Assembly: GCA_028534125.1 (NCBI GenBank)
Contig: CM052817.1
Coordinates: forward strand, 47,308,001 to 47,372,000
Length of the DNA stretch: 64,000 nt
From: Lama glama
Taxonomy: Eukaryota
Direction of reading: 5' to 3'
The translations under genes and the position numbers were made by a program. Below, piece by piece: positions 39,222-51,710 of the stretch; positions within the stretch are counted from its first letter, which is position 1; every line of letters begins with the position of its first letter. The notes beneath the pieces were generated by a model. The model was not told the origin of the DNA. It did no database searches and worked only from the letters and a program-made list of their open reading frames with translations.

Positions 39222-41494
39222 CCAAGACCAAGAATTTGACAGTCTTTTATAGAAGTTTTTGAAGCTACACTAGGGGAAAAATTGGTTGGCTGCATGCAGG
39301 TGGGCAGAACATCATCCTTCGTGGGGAAGTTTTCCTTTGTAAGTCAGATCTCAGTTTAGGAATTGACAGCAGGATGTTCCATCTATTCTGCAGGGAATGA
39401 GTGCAGAGGAGTAGGATCTTCAACTTCCAGGTGACCAGAATTGAAATTTTCCCTTGGCTCCTTGTTTGCTATGCATCAGACCCTCTAGGCCGCTTGCCTA
39501 GAGGCAACTAAGGGTAACAATGCCCACCCACTGTGACTGGTGTGGGAATTAGAGAAGATACATCCTTGAGCACAAAGCACATTACCCGGTATTTATTCTG
39601 CAGTAATGGCAGGTGACTGGGCGGCTCCCTTGTCAGTTCCCTTAACTACCGTTCAGGGGATGGTAGCCTGAGGGGATACCAAGTGCATGTTTTCTTTTGG
39701 TTACTTTAATTCCCACCTGGAAAATGACTCATTCAGAGTTTAATTTCAGAAATTGTTCCTTATGCGTGCATTTTAGGAATGGCTTCTTATTTAACATCAG
39801 AGAAGACAAAGCTCTATAGAGAAACACCATCTTTATTTTGAGTAAAAATTCAGAAGATATTGTCTGACAGTAGAAAATGGAGCCATCCCAGAGAACCTAG
39901 GATGTTTGGTTTGCTGTAAGCATGAAGCTCTGGGTATCCTCTTGGGTGTAGAGGAGATGCCCTATATTCTTCTTAAATTTTCTCGTTCTCCAGTCACTTC
40001 ATCCAGGCATCAGTATATTGTCTCAATTTCGGTTGTGTGAATTCCCTTTAGCAGAGATGGGAAATTCATACATTAAAATGAAATACTGCTTTTCCTTCCC
40101 TTGAAACAGAAAACTGATGGTTCAAGGAAGAGTTACAACTGGGCTTGTTGGTGTAGCCAGATGCTCCTGGGCCGTGGGTGTGAAGTCAGCATGTGGTACA
40201 GCGTAGACAAAGCAAATGTCCTCCGGTTACTTCTGTTACTAACTTACACATCGTAAACAAGTCCTACTGATGTGAGATGCTGGTCGGTACAAAATCTCGT
40301 ATTAAGATGACACTGAGAAGATCGAGTTGAATGGGTTTCTTATCCTCAAGTAATTAATTTGGGGTTGGTTGGCTTTGTCAGTCTACATCCAACAGCCCAA
40401 TTCATCCCTTCCTGTAGAAACTTACCCCTCCATCACTCGGCTTCTGTGACACTTGAGTTCATTCCCTAAAATGTTGAGTTTTTTTTTTCTTCTAAACCAG
40501 AATTTACAGACGTATTCACCATCGATTTGGTTATAAGGGAGACAGTCGGTGTGACATGCTCACACCATGTCTAGTGTGGGTCTTGGGATGTTGGGAGCCT
40601 GTGAAGCAGGAATTGTGTTGCTGCTGCTTCCAGTGTGGAAGCCAGGCTTCCCTTGACTCTGTGATAGGACCATCCTCACTCCTTCTCTGCCTAGTACAAT
40701 TGGGTTACTTACTCTATGCATTGAATAAAGAGGGATATTTTGTTTAAATACATTGGTCATTATATTATTATACTCAAGGAATTTCCAAGTTGCAAAACAC
40801 CTTCATTTGTGTTCTGGTACTTTACACACTGTTTAAGGTATTAAAAAAAAAGGAAATAATGAAAACATAGTGATTCTATAAGGATGCTTTAAGAGCATAA
40901 GTTATAGGTTCATTTATGGGTCTCATGCTCTAACGTGTTTGATGACATGCATGCAGTTCCCACAGGTGAGCAGTATTTGTGAATCATATACTTTTTTTCA
41001 GGGCACTTTATTACACGACAGGACTAATCTTAGGCTAAAATTATTGAGGTGGGGAACTTTAAAATTCACGTTCTCAGACTTTCCTTTCCATGTGTTCTTC
41101 CTTCATCCTTGTTGCCCTCCTTGTTTCTTTCTATTAACTTCCTTCTGCCTTCAAAATCATTTCTGTTATGGAAGAAGTGGTTCACTTTGTGTGTTATCTT
41201 TCCCAAGGGTGTTTGCATTTTATCAGACACAATACTCAAATTTGGCTAAACTTGGGGAATTAAGTTCTAATCGTGAAATTCAGTTTAATGCGTAAGTAGC
41301 CACCCATGTTGTAACATAAGACACATCGTACTCAAATGAGTGTCTGTCCCATGTAAGAAATATGGTGCCAAATGGCAATGCCATTTGTTCTTGACTAACC
41401 AGTACTGGTATATCCAATTTATAGATTTTTATTTCTTCTTTTTCACCCCATTCTCCTCATTGGCTGAAAATGTTCTGTGACTTATGGTGCCGCA

Positions 41495-41640
41495 CATGAT
41501 GTGGCAGAGTGAGTCTCTGGGCTTTAGAATATGACTTGGAGTCATAGCTGAACGTCACACTTATTTGACCTTGGACGCACACCTCTGAGTCTCAGTTTCC
41601 TCACCTGTGAAGAATGATTATTAGGGTTGTTATGATGGAA
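41495..41640 (+). mobile_element. MIR SINE fragment
   Basis: tgaccttgg...acctctgagtctcagtttcctcacctgtgaa core. Confidence 0.75.
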
Positions 41641-42165
41641 AAATACGTGCAAACTACAGCATCATAAACCACAGTGTATAAATTACACTGTAATGTAGGC
41701 TAATGGTAGATGTGACATAAAGTATCTATTATAGTTAGTATGAATTCTAGGATTCTTACAAGGAAAAAATTAAAGCAGAAAAAAATTTCTTGTACATCAT
41801 ATCAACTTTGTTAAAAGTTTGTAGCAGGTCAGTTATGCCAGTGATACATTAATTAGGAATATGTCTTGATTATAAGCAAGCCAGGTATAGTTTATGGAAA
41901 GTTACTATATTCATATTCTCAAACATAAATGAGATTAGTATTCACATTGCAATAAACGTTTTTAAAAATTGAAAGAAATGATTTCTTGAACACATTGAAT
42001 GCATTTGAAAAATGATTTGCATTCTCAAAATCTATTACTCTTGAAATGATTCGAGAATATATTTATTATGCAAGTTAAGGGACGGTCTTGTGAGGTGGGC
42101 ATGTGTTATGTTGCCTGTGTTCTCTTGTTGCACAGGGTTCTACAATTCTATCTTTCATTCCACAG

Positions 42166-42572
42166 ATTTACCGGGAAAGAGACAGAGAGAGTATGAGCTG
42201 GTGACTCCAGTCAGCACGAGTTCTGAAGGACACTACCTCTCCCACATTCTTTCTGCAAATCACAAAAAGAGGTCAGCGAGGGATGTGTCTTCCACCTCTG
42301 AGCAATTGTTCTTTAACATCACAGCATTTGGAAGGGATTTTCATTTGCGACTAAAGCCCAACACTCAGCTAGTAGCTCCTGGCGCTGTTGTGGAATGGCA
42401 GGAGACATCTCCAGTGCCGGGGAGTATAACCCACCCTGTTAATGACCGGCAACCAGGAAGTGCCTCCAAAAGAGTCTGGAAAACAGAGCCTTTGCAGACT
42501 AACTGTGCTTATGTTGGTGACATCATGGACATTCCGGGAACTTCTGTTGCCATTAGCAACTGTGATGGTCTG
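42166..42572 (+). CDS. ADAMTS3: ADAMTS3 coding exon 3 (M12B-type prodomain, (D)LPGKRQREYELVTPVST...VAISNCDGL)
   Basis: 407 nt, open frame; cacag acceptor and CTG|gtaaga donor; ADAMTS prodomain motifs FFNITAFG.DFHLRLKPN..LVAP, CAYVG, VAISNCDGL; 69+28+407 = 504 nt = 168 codons. Confidence 0.98.
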
Positions 42573-44344
42573 GTAAGACTCATTGCCTTTTGTGTCTGAT
42601 GTTTGCAGGTGTTTGGGAGTGCGGGGTGGCTGCAGCATGGTTTGGAAGGTGAAAGTGGAAAGAAAGCCTCATTATGACATTTTAAGTTTAGGAAGAAGTG
42701 CTAGAAAGCATTATACTTACTATCCAAGATGTGTGCTTTGGCTTAATTTTGACGTGAAGACAACATTATTCTAAGAAACCAAAGACAACTATTTTAGCAT
42801 TCTTTGCTTATATTTTCACTTGTGTTATGTTGGGCAATTTTATTTCCTTATTTCTTTCAAAGCATTCTGAGAACTTTCTAAAGAAGCAGAGATTCCTTCA
42901 AAGTGATAGTATTTCAGTTCTTATGTGGAAAGGTTGGATATTTTCTTTTGAAAGCATTCTTTCACTTCCACACAGAATGCTAGAGTGGGGAATGAGAAAT
43001 TTGTTAGAATTTGTTCCAATAGCATTACTCTGTGAACATCCTCTCTGCCTGGTGACTTTGGCTCATTTTTTTTTCCTTTATGTTTGAATAACAGGCCCCT
43101 ATCTTGCTCTTCAGTTTTGTGCTTGAGGCCAATAGCAACTTATCCCTCTTTACACGCTCTGAAGATGGGAGGTATTTTTATTTATTTTGTATCTCCAGAT
43201 GTTATTTGAAGAGCGTGTCAGTGTTTATGCCTCTTCCCTTCACAGTTGACTCCAAGTCTTTGTTCAAAAAGAGCAACCATTTTTCCTCGTATGGTTGCCA
43301 GGCTGCTGTTTCTTGGGAGTTTAGAGCTATTCTTTGTCGTCTCTCTTCCGAGGGTTCTCAGAATGCTCCTTGCAGTCCTGCTTGTAATGATTCTGCCTTG
43401 GCAGGTCCTCCAGCAACACCTTGAACGCTCTTCTGCGGCCCTCCCCATGCGTGAACACAGCCCAGAGGAGTTATGGTGCTATACGTTTTACCAAATGCTG
43501 GTCAGTTCCTGGTTGTAGGCTCTGTCTGGGGGGTCTTGTACTGCCTCTTGATGTTCCGTGGGGTTTAAGGAATCAGCACAGGAAACTGAATAGAGTGTGT
43601 GTGGCAGGTCCAAGTAGGCAAGTTGGACTTTGTCAGTTTAGGATTCGACTGTCGCGTCTGGTGCTGGACCATTTACTCTGGGCTTGGAAGGCACGAGGGA
43701 TCTCTCCAGTTCCTCTCGTTCTCACACAAACATTCAACAGACCTGGATTAACTAGGTCGTTGAATTACAAAGTGGAAAGAAAGCACATTCTGGAAGACTA
43801 AGCTTAAAGTATTTTCTAAGAGAGCGTGATTCAATACTACTCAGATAATAAAGGAAATAAATGACATAAAGTTAGTTTTATAATAGTTCTAAGTAAAATA
43901 TATTGAGTATTAAACCTCATTCAGTGTTATTGTTTAGTTTTTATAGCATAAAAATTATGTACATTTTATCTCCTCAGTTTAGATTGAAGCTTGGGATATA
44001 AGATTTGAGGCTTGAAGATAAGTTTAAGGAAGACAAAAGGCAAAGAATTTTAATGGTTTATCATAGTGATTTTTAAACTTGACTTAGCAATGAGTATTTT
44101 TCTTACTGTGCATGTCAAATTATCTAATCATATAGATACAGAAATCTGGGACAATAACGAGTTGTTATAAGGAAGAGGAAAATGGATGCAGAACGTGACT
44201 GAACATTGATTATTAGGATTGATTCCTCATTTTTAAGATATAGTGTTAGCTACTGACATCATGTGTATGTTGATATAGTGTATGTGTGTATACAGCAGTA
44301 CCAGTGTATACTACAAGTATCCATTTGTTCCATTCTTTGATCTG

Positions 44345-44372
44345 CTAATTAATTAATTAATTAATTAATTAA
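44345..44372. repeat. (TAAT)n tetranucleotide repeat
   Basis: ctaattaattaattaattaattaattaa. Confidence 0.9.
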
Positions 44373-47300
44373 AAGATATTTGTAGGAAGCCAGTTATGGG
44401 CCAAGCGCTATTGCAGGCACTGTGAAATGGTGAAGGAATGATCATAATCACCGTTCTCATGGAGCTCAAAGATGTTAAATTTGCCGGAGATTTTAAGTGT
44501 CAAAGTATCTGGCATATATGCATGTGTGTACATGTCTATGTATATATATGCACATGTGTTTAAATAGTGTTTAGCTTTAAAAAATTATGGTAAAGGGAAG
44601 TATCTTCTGGAGAGATTTTATGAGTGGGGACAGTTTCAAACCAAACATAAGTGATTCAGGCCTTGAGCTTGATCCAGGGAAAGGGTGGGGTCTGGCCTAC
44701 AGCAGGCTGTGCTGACTCTGTGGGTACACAGAGGCAGAAGCCTTTCCTAGAGTCCAGCTCAGAGCAGCTATGAGCTTGGGAGGAAGAATAAAGATAGTGG
44801 TGGGAGAGACAGCGTCATAGAGAGCAGATGGTTACACTGGAGGGGTAATACCAGTGGCTACTTCATTAAGCTGGGCACAAGTTCTTAAAATTGCAGAGTT
44901 GCACTGGACGGGGTACACCTCTTAGCAGAGATGAAACAGGAAGTGAAATTGATGGGAATGTAAATAAATTTGGCTGATTAGCTGATTCCTCAACCCTTTT
45001 TGTTCCTTTAACTTGCTATATAGGGATTTAAGCTTGACCTTCTTGACCTGAGGAAGGGAAGCAGGGCTACTGAGATAACAGAGATGCCTGAGGATTAACC
45101 TGATGGGCTTTAAAGCCATTGCCCTGGGAAGCTCTGAGATTATAGTCAAATCCAAGTTTCCTGGTAGAAAGCACAGCCACTCCTGGCCTGAACATACCAG
45201 TGGGAAGATCCCTGTCCAGCAAGTGTAAAGTTGTCTCCTGCTATGGAGGAGAATGGCAGTGAAGCCCTACCTGGTGTCAGTGGGATTCCAGGGATTTGAT
45301 TTTCTACATGTGTCCTTTGACACTCTTGCTCATAGGAAGGGAGCACAGGCATTGATTTTTCATTTCCATTAGAGAGTTCTTAGCATGACCTTTGCCCTGA
45401 GTGAAATTCCTTACCTCTTTATTTTTATTTTTTATTTTTTGATCTATGTGTTTATTACTTATTTCTAACACCTAGAATATTGCCTGGCGTAGTGGGCACT
45501 CAGTAAATATTTGTGAATGATTGGATGATTCAAATGAGACACTCTGTGCTTTTTCCTATGTGCCGTTTTACTCCTGAACTTTAATTTATGAAACTGTGAC
45601 AACTGTTGTCTTTAGATCTTTAAAGGCCTTTAAAAATGTATGGATTTATTCTTTTAACTTAGCCATGTTCCAAGTACAGGTTGAGAAATAAATTAATTGC
45701 AACAGAGTGCTGTGTTCCTGTATGTGTCCATGTCTGCAAGGCTGTGTGGAAGCATACGGCGAGGTGTAAGATGGTGGTTGTTGCTGCTACACAGTGGTGG
45801 TCATTCAGACCCATATCACTGACTTGGGGCACCTACAGCAGGCTGAGAGCAGGAAAATGAACCTAATCAGTCAGGCTGCTTCCCGATGTGCTCAGAGGAA
45901 GTGTGCGTCTCACTTTGGCCTCAGTCTGGCCTTAGACCCCTTTCCTCTTTTTTCTCTAATGCTACCTTGTTTAAGTTTGAAATGGGCAGTGGACTGAGAC
46001 AGAATTAATTCTTATTAAACAGAATTCTTTAATTAAAAAATTAGTGCTGTTCAAATTGTCTCTGTAGACTCAGGTTTTTGACAAGATACATGCAGAGAGT
46101 GAGACTATATACAGAAACTTTTTGAACAATATAACAGTTATTATATTTGTATTGGATCTAATAATTTTTTTTAAAAGTTGGGGCTGGTGTTTTCTGGGTT
46201 TTTTTTTCATTTCATTTTTCTAGTAGTTAGTTTTTCAAAATTATAGGTCTGAGACCAACTGGGGAGAAAAGAAACTTTTTTTCCTCCAGATAGTTTGAAA
46301 AGCAAGCAGTAAGGCTCAGCTATTTTTAATCCTTTGGTCATCAGAAACTTGACTGAAATAGGTAGATTTTACTTATTCCAGGTACCTGTATGAAACGACA
46401 AGAAAGTTATTTTAACACAGGCATTATTGAGAAGGATAGAAAAATGCTGTGAGTGACATTCAGAGCCGTGGTCTAGAATGTGACTAGGCTTAGATATGCA
46501 TAATGACTAAATTATTATTCTGTGGGTTTCTGAAATCAACATCAAAGTCTTCTGCAGGGAGGAACTGACAGTGACTCTCAGCCAGTGTGGCCAAGGATAT
46601 CTCTTCCTGTCTAACATGACCTTTTCCTGTTCTTTGCCAAGATTATCATTTATGAGTGGCTGCTAATTCTTTACCAATTCCAGCTTTATGCCTGCTCTAG
46701 TCTGTCCTATTTATGGGTAAGAATTTATGGGTGAGATTATTGCAATGTTCAATCATGGGATTGTCCTTGTTTTCTGACAGCATTCAATTTTTTACAAAGC
46801 CTGCTTCTCTAGAACCTCTTCCAAATTACTCATCCAAAGCCTACACCCTGTTAATAGGTTCTTTCTAAAGCTCTCTCACTGAGAGGCTCGCGATTCTCTC
46901 TGGTGTGCGCTCAGCTCCGTGCAACATGTAATAAACCCAGCTTGTCAACTGGAGATGTGTTCCTCGTGGTCCTTGGCCTGAGGCTGGAGACATGCTTTTC
47001 CTCTCTGCTTCTGTGTCTCTGAAGTGAGAGTCCAGTGGTCAGGAGTCACGGTGATGGCAGGCGTTTCACACACTTCTGAGCGCGAAGACACGTCTGCCTG
47101 GGAATCCCTGTTGAAAGTAGGTTTCTTTATTCCACGGAGCCCTGGCACTTGCCCTGTAACACCATTCAGTCTCCCCTGTGAGTAGTGGTGGCTCACAGTC
47201 ATATTTTGTGGTCTTCAGATTTGCCAAAATAAAGGGTCACTTGGTTAGTGGGCTTTATGTCATGTATTCACAACATAAGGAAACTGGATTTTTCTGGACT

Positions 47301-50300
47301 TGCTAGAACAATATTGCTGTGTTAATTCTCCTGGATTACCATCAGTGGAAACTGATTGGGAGTGGAAGAACTGACTGGTGTGGGCTGATTTTACAATCAA
47401 GGGAGCTTATCTGGGACAGAAGTTTTCAGTTTTTTTTTTTTTAACATTTGGGATTCTCCTTCAAATGAAATCACTGGGGGTTACCTAACAAAATAATACG
47501 TAAAATGGGTAAGCTCAGGGAGGGCCAGGTGAAAACACAGGTAGAGATGCTCTTCCTCCTGCCTGTTGCTCACTCCAGACCACTCGTAGGCACCCTGGGG
47601 CATCTATCGGGGATCTTCTGTATTAGAGCAGGGGTCTCGGAAGCTTGAAGTTAACCATCTGGGGACCATAAACAGAACCTCTTTTCTAAAATATCTGGTA
47701 GTCACATCTGGTTAGTATTGCAGTTATCTGATCCTTTTTAGATTTGGGGCATGGCCAGATGAAGTCTTTGTGGACAGCTGCAAATTTACAAGGAAAACAG
47801 TCTTAAGACTTCTTTGCCTTAAGACTTATGCTTTGGGACTTGGTCTCTTCAAATATATGTTCTTGCCATGCTTATTTCCATAAGTCCAGTTCCAGAGACA
47901 CTTTTTAAAAAGTCTGCTTTAAAAGGTATTGTGAGCCAATGTGCTTGGGCTTGAGAACATTTGACTGGAGATTATAAATACCACTCAATCTGGTAAATGA
48001 AATGTTTCATACTAAAAATAGGTCCAAATCTGTAGCTATTTATAGTGGACTCAGGGTTTTCAAGGACTGATCTTAGATGCTGACATTTGAATGTCTGCTT
48101 TTATAAGGCAAACCTGACCGTTAAAGGCCAGGCACCTGCCACCTTTTTCTCCCATGGAACATGTCTGTCGAAGGTGTCATGTATTTTACTGAAGGCACAG
48201 AGGGAGATGTATGTTTTCACGGTTTTCATGCTGATGTGAGAAGCCTCAGAAGGTCTGAGGAATAAAGGACTGAAATTTTGTTTCACTTCTCGGCACCTGC
48301 ACGAGGCTGTTTTATCAGTGCAGGATTAGAAGACACTCCGAGCCCCCATACCTTGTAATTTCCAGAAGTTGAAGGGGAAAAGTGGTTAAGTGTCCTCTAA
48401 TTTAACTAGTTTGGGAGAACCAGTACCATGACAAGTCCTCACTACTTCTCACCTGAGATTTAGCCAAGTTGTGGCCCTACAGTGTTAATCCTCGTGGTGA
48501 GTAGTGCCTGCCTGGGCTGGGTCTGGGCTGTGGATACATTTCCCAGCCTGCCTCCTTTCTCAAGTGCATAGGCAGCCAGTTTGTGCTTGGCCAGGGTGAA
48601 GAAGGAGGGTTTGGCAAAGTCCTTGATCATTTTTCACATTTTGCATCTAATTTGCATCAACCCAGAGTCATGCATATGTCAAGCCTTTTCCAGATTTTTT
48701 GGCTATAATTCTCTTGTGTAATTTAGTCGATCTTATAGAAAAAATATCCAAGGATGTGAGTTTGGAATAAAGTTGGAAGTGAAAAAAAAAAAGTCTAAGT
48801 GTTTTCAGATTTTGAACTTATTTCTTTTTAATAGTTATTTTGTAGTTAATCTAAACTATTCATGTTTGTTTATAAGTACCACTTGGTCAGCTTATGATTT
48901 GATTTACATCAATTTGATTATGATTCATTTCCCATTATCTTGTCTAACTTTGGTATAGTACATTTTTTAATTAAGTTTAAAGATGAGTTAAAAATTGAGA
49001 AAGAAAGTAAATGTGATATTACACATATTTCTTTGCATAGGGATGGAAAAACAGAAAGTAAAAGGGGAGGGGAAGTGCTTTTTCTTTCTGCTCTTGGTCT
49101 GGGAAGTAATGCTTGCTAGTCTTCTCAGTGCCTTGGCAACTAGGGCTTCATTATACACCTAATATCGAGTTTTAGATACTCAAGAAATGCTTCAGGAACT
49201 GTAAAATAGTGATGACCACATCTTTAATATCTTCTTCTGGATAAATTATCTTTAAAACAAGAACAAAAGCGCAGTGAGATATTGATATGAGGCCCTTGTG
49301 CATAATCAGGCTTTGAGGCCACAGAGATCTTGTAAATGAAACCCAACCTCAAGGTTCTTAACCGTAAAAACTGTGTTATTCATTTGTCTTAATAATCTTT
49401 GGCTTTAGGAATAGTGATCAGTCAATAAAGCATTTTGAAAAGCTAAGATATGTAGAGTGTAGACTAATTGCTGTGGGGAATACTGAGACATAACCTTTGT
49501 CTTCCAAGAGTGCTGGAAATAAGACATGCAAAAGCAAAACCAAAGTACAAGGCAGAATGTTTTAAACTCTCTAAGACTAGAAGAGATGGACTGTGAGACT
49601 CTGGATGATGGAAAGATTGCTTCTGCCTTGAAGGATGGTAGAAAGTTCCTGGAGAAAGCAATATTTGTGACATCAGACAATTGAAAAGAGAACCATGTAT
49701 GTGAAAGCGATCACTGATGATGGCAGAGGATGGGATGGCGAGGAGGAGGAGCCTCTGAGGAAAGTAGGGGGTTTTGTGATGGCCATTAAAACGAAGAGAC
49801 GATGGGTAAGTTGATTTCATGAACTCTGTAACATATATAATGAATACACGGGAGAACCAAAGTAGTCTTGGTCAGTATTTACCTTAATGTAGGATCAAAT
49901 ATGATACGAGAGAGAGAGAGAGAAGGAGGGTAAATCCTAGAGGTGTGTCTCAAGGCTGAAATCAGTGGCTGTGTAGGTGATATTGACAGGCTTGCCCGGG
50001 CATTCAGGATGAGAGAGAGGCAAGGATTCCTGTTCCTTGATTATGTTGTTTTCTTCCTAGAAAAGTTTTGCTGAAGTCATGGGACCTTCTTCTGTGGAGT
50101 TTAGGGAGGTTTTTTTTTTTTCCTCTCAGTAACTTTTTTCTCAGATTTGTTCCCCACATGTTCTCTTAAGAGGGTTATGAACATTGAATTTAAAAACTCT
50201 GACTTCTCCCGTCATCAGCCTTCAGCCTTTCAAGTTTGGTGAATTAAGTGCCTTGTTTAGTAAACCTCTTTCTATGGCTGTACTTTCTTCCATCTGAAAT

Positions 50301-51564
50301 GTTTTCCTCACTTTCTTATTGTATTTACTATATGTTCTTATGCCTTACATCTTTCTGCTCTCTCAGGAGAATCTCTAATATTGTTTTAGTGACTTGTTTA
50401 CAGCATAAAGAGTAATTTGATCAGCTCTACCTAACTTCCAAAAAAACAAAACATATAAGAATAACTCTATCAGTAAATGAGTTGCTTTTGATATTAAATT
50501 CCATTTTATTTTATGTCATTTAACATATTTACAATACTTATATGAGTGTGTGTGTATGGAAATATATGTATATATGCATACATAAATATTTATACACACA
50601 TAAACACACAAATGTATACACATACGCACACATCTATATGAAAAACCATAGAAAAGGCAGAGAAAATCAGTGTGTAATTACATGCTTTGATTCAAAGGCC
50701 AGTGACAAATTTGTTGTTAGGTCTTTAGTACTCGCGGCAGAGCTGGATTGGCCCTCAGGTCTGTGGACAACAAAGCGCCTAGTGGTTCCCATGCCTCAGG
50801 CTACCTGAATGCGCTCCTCATAATGTGGGTGGCTGACAGGGAGGCCAGGACATGAATTAACATGTATATTTTTTAATACTGTTAGAAATATAGAGAGATT
50901 AATCAGAAATGCAATTGAAAAAGGAGGTTTTATCTTACTATTGTCAGTCTATGACAATGAAATTAAAAAAAATATTTTGGAGAAAAAAACCCAATTGTAC
51001 TTTTTGTTAAGGTAGGCAGATTTGAATTCTCTGTCTCTAAAATAAGAAATTTTAAACACTTTTTTTTTTCATTTATTTTCAAAGGAGTTGATTACTTTTT
51101 GAGCAATATTAGACTTCGCTAAATGTGTCAAGAGATTATCATTGCTCTTATTGTGGTTTAATTGTCAATTCTTTGATAAACAGTTTCAAATCTTCCATAA
51201 CTATAACAAATTTCTAAAAATTCTGGTTTATTGATTGAAGAAACAGGGATATATGATTGCACTGATGTCTAAGTCCAGAGTCAGTAGTCTTAAAGAAAAA
51301 GAAAGACAGTATATAGTCTGATCAGTTTTGAAAAGCATTATCTAGATGGTTATAGTTTACTTTTATAAAATATTTAGAAGATACTAAATTTAGAGCTTTA
51401 TAGTGCAAACGATCAATAAACACCAAAGAGGAATAGCAGCCAAACTAAGTGCTTTTAGAGTTATGATACTTTGGAAGAGTTCAGTTTGGTAAAATCTAAG
51501 TGCTGTTGATGAAAGAAGTGAAAATTTTGTAAAATGGTTGAGGGAAATGGTTCATGCTGGGAGC

Positions 51565-51710
51565 GGGCATGGTGTTGGTTTAGAATCAGGGAAACCTGGA
51601 CTCCACTTTCAGTTCTACTGCCTATCAGCCTTGTGACCTTCAACAAGTTATTTAACCTTTTGGAAGTCTTTTTCCTTCCGTAAAGTGGGGAAAGTAATGC
51701 TTGTTAGGTC
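51565..51710 (+). mobile_element. MIR SINE fragment
   Basis: ttgtgaccttcaacaagttatttaacctt core. Confidence 0.7.

Noticed and set aside
39482..39504. 9-bp stem hairpin cctctaggc/gcctagagg
   Set aside because: Short enough to arise by chance in 64 kb; no supporting context.
42090..42599. 169-aa ORF as a standalone gene
   Set aside because: It is ADAMTS3 exon 3 plus intronic read-through at both ends.
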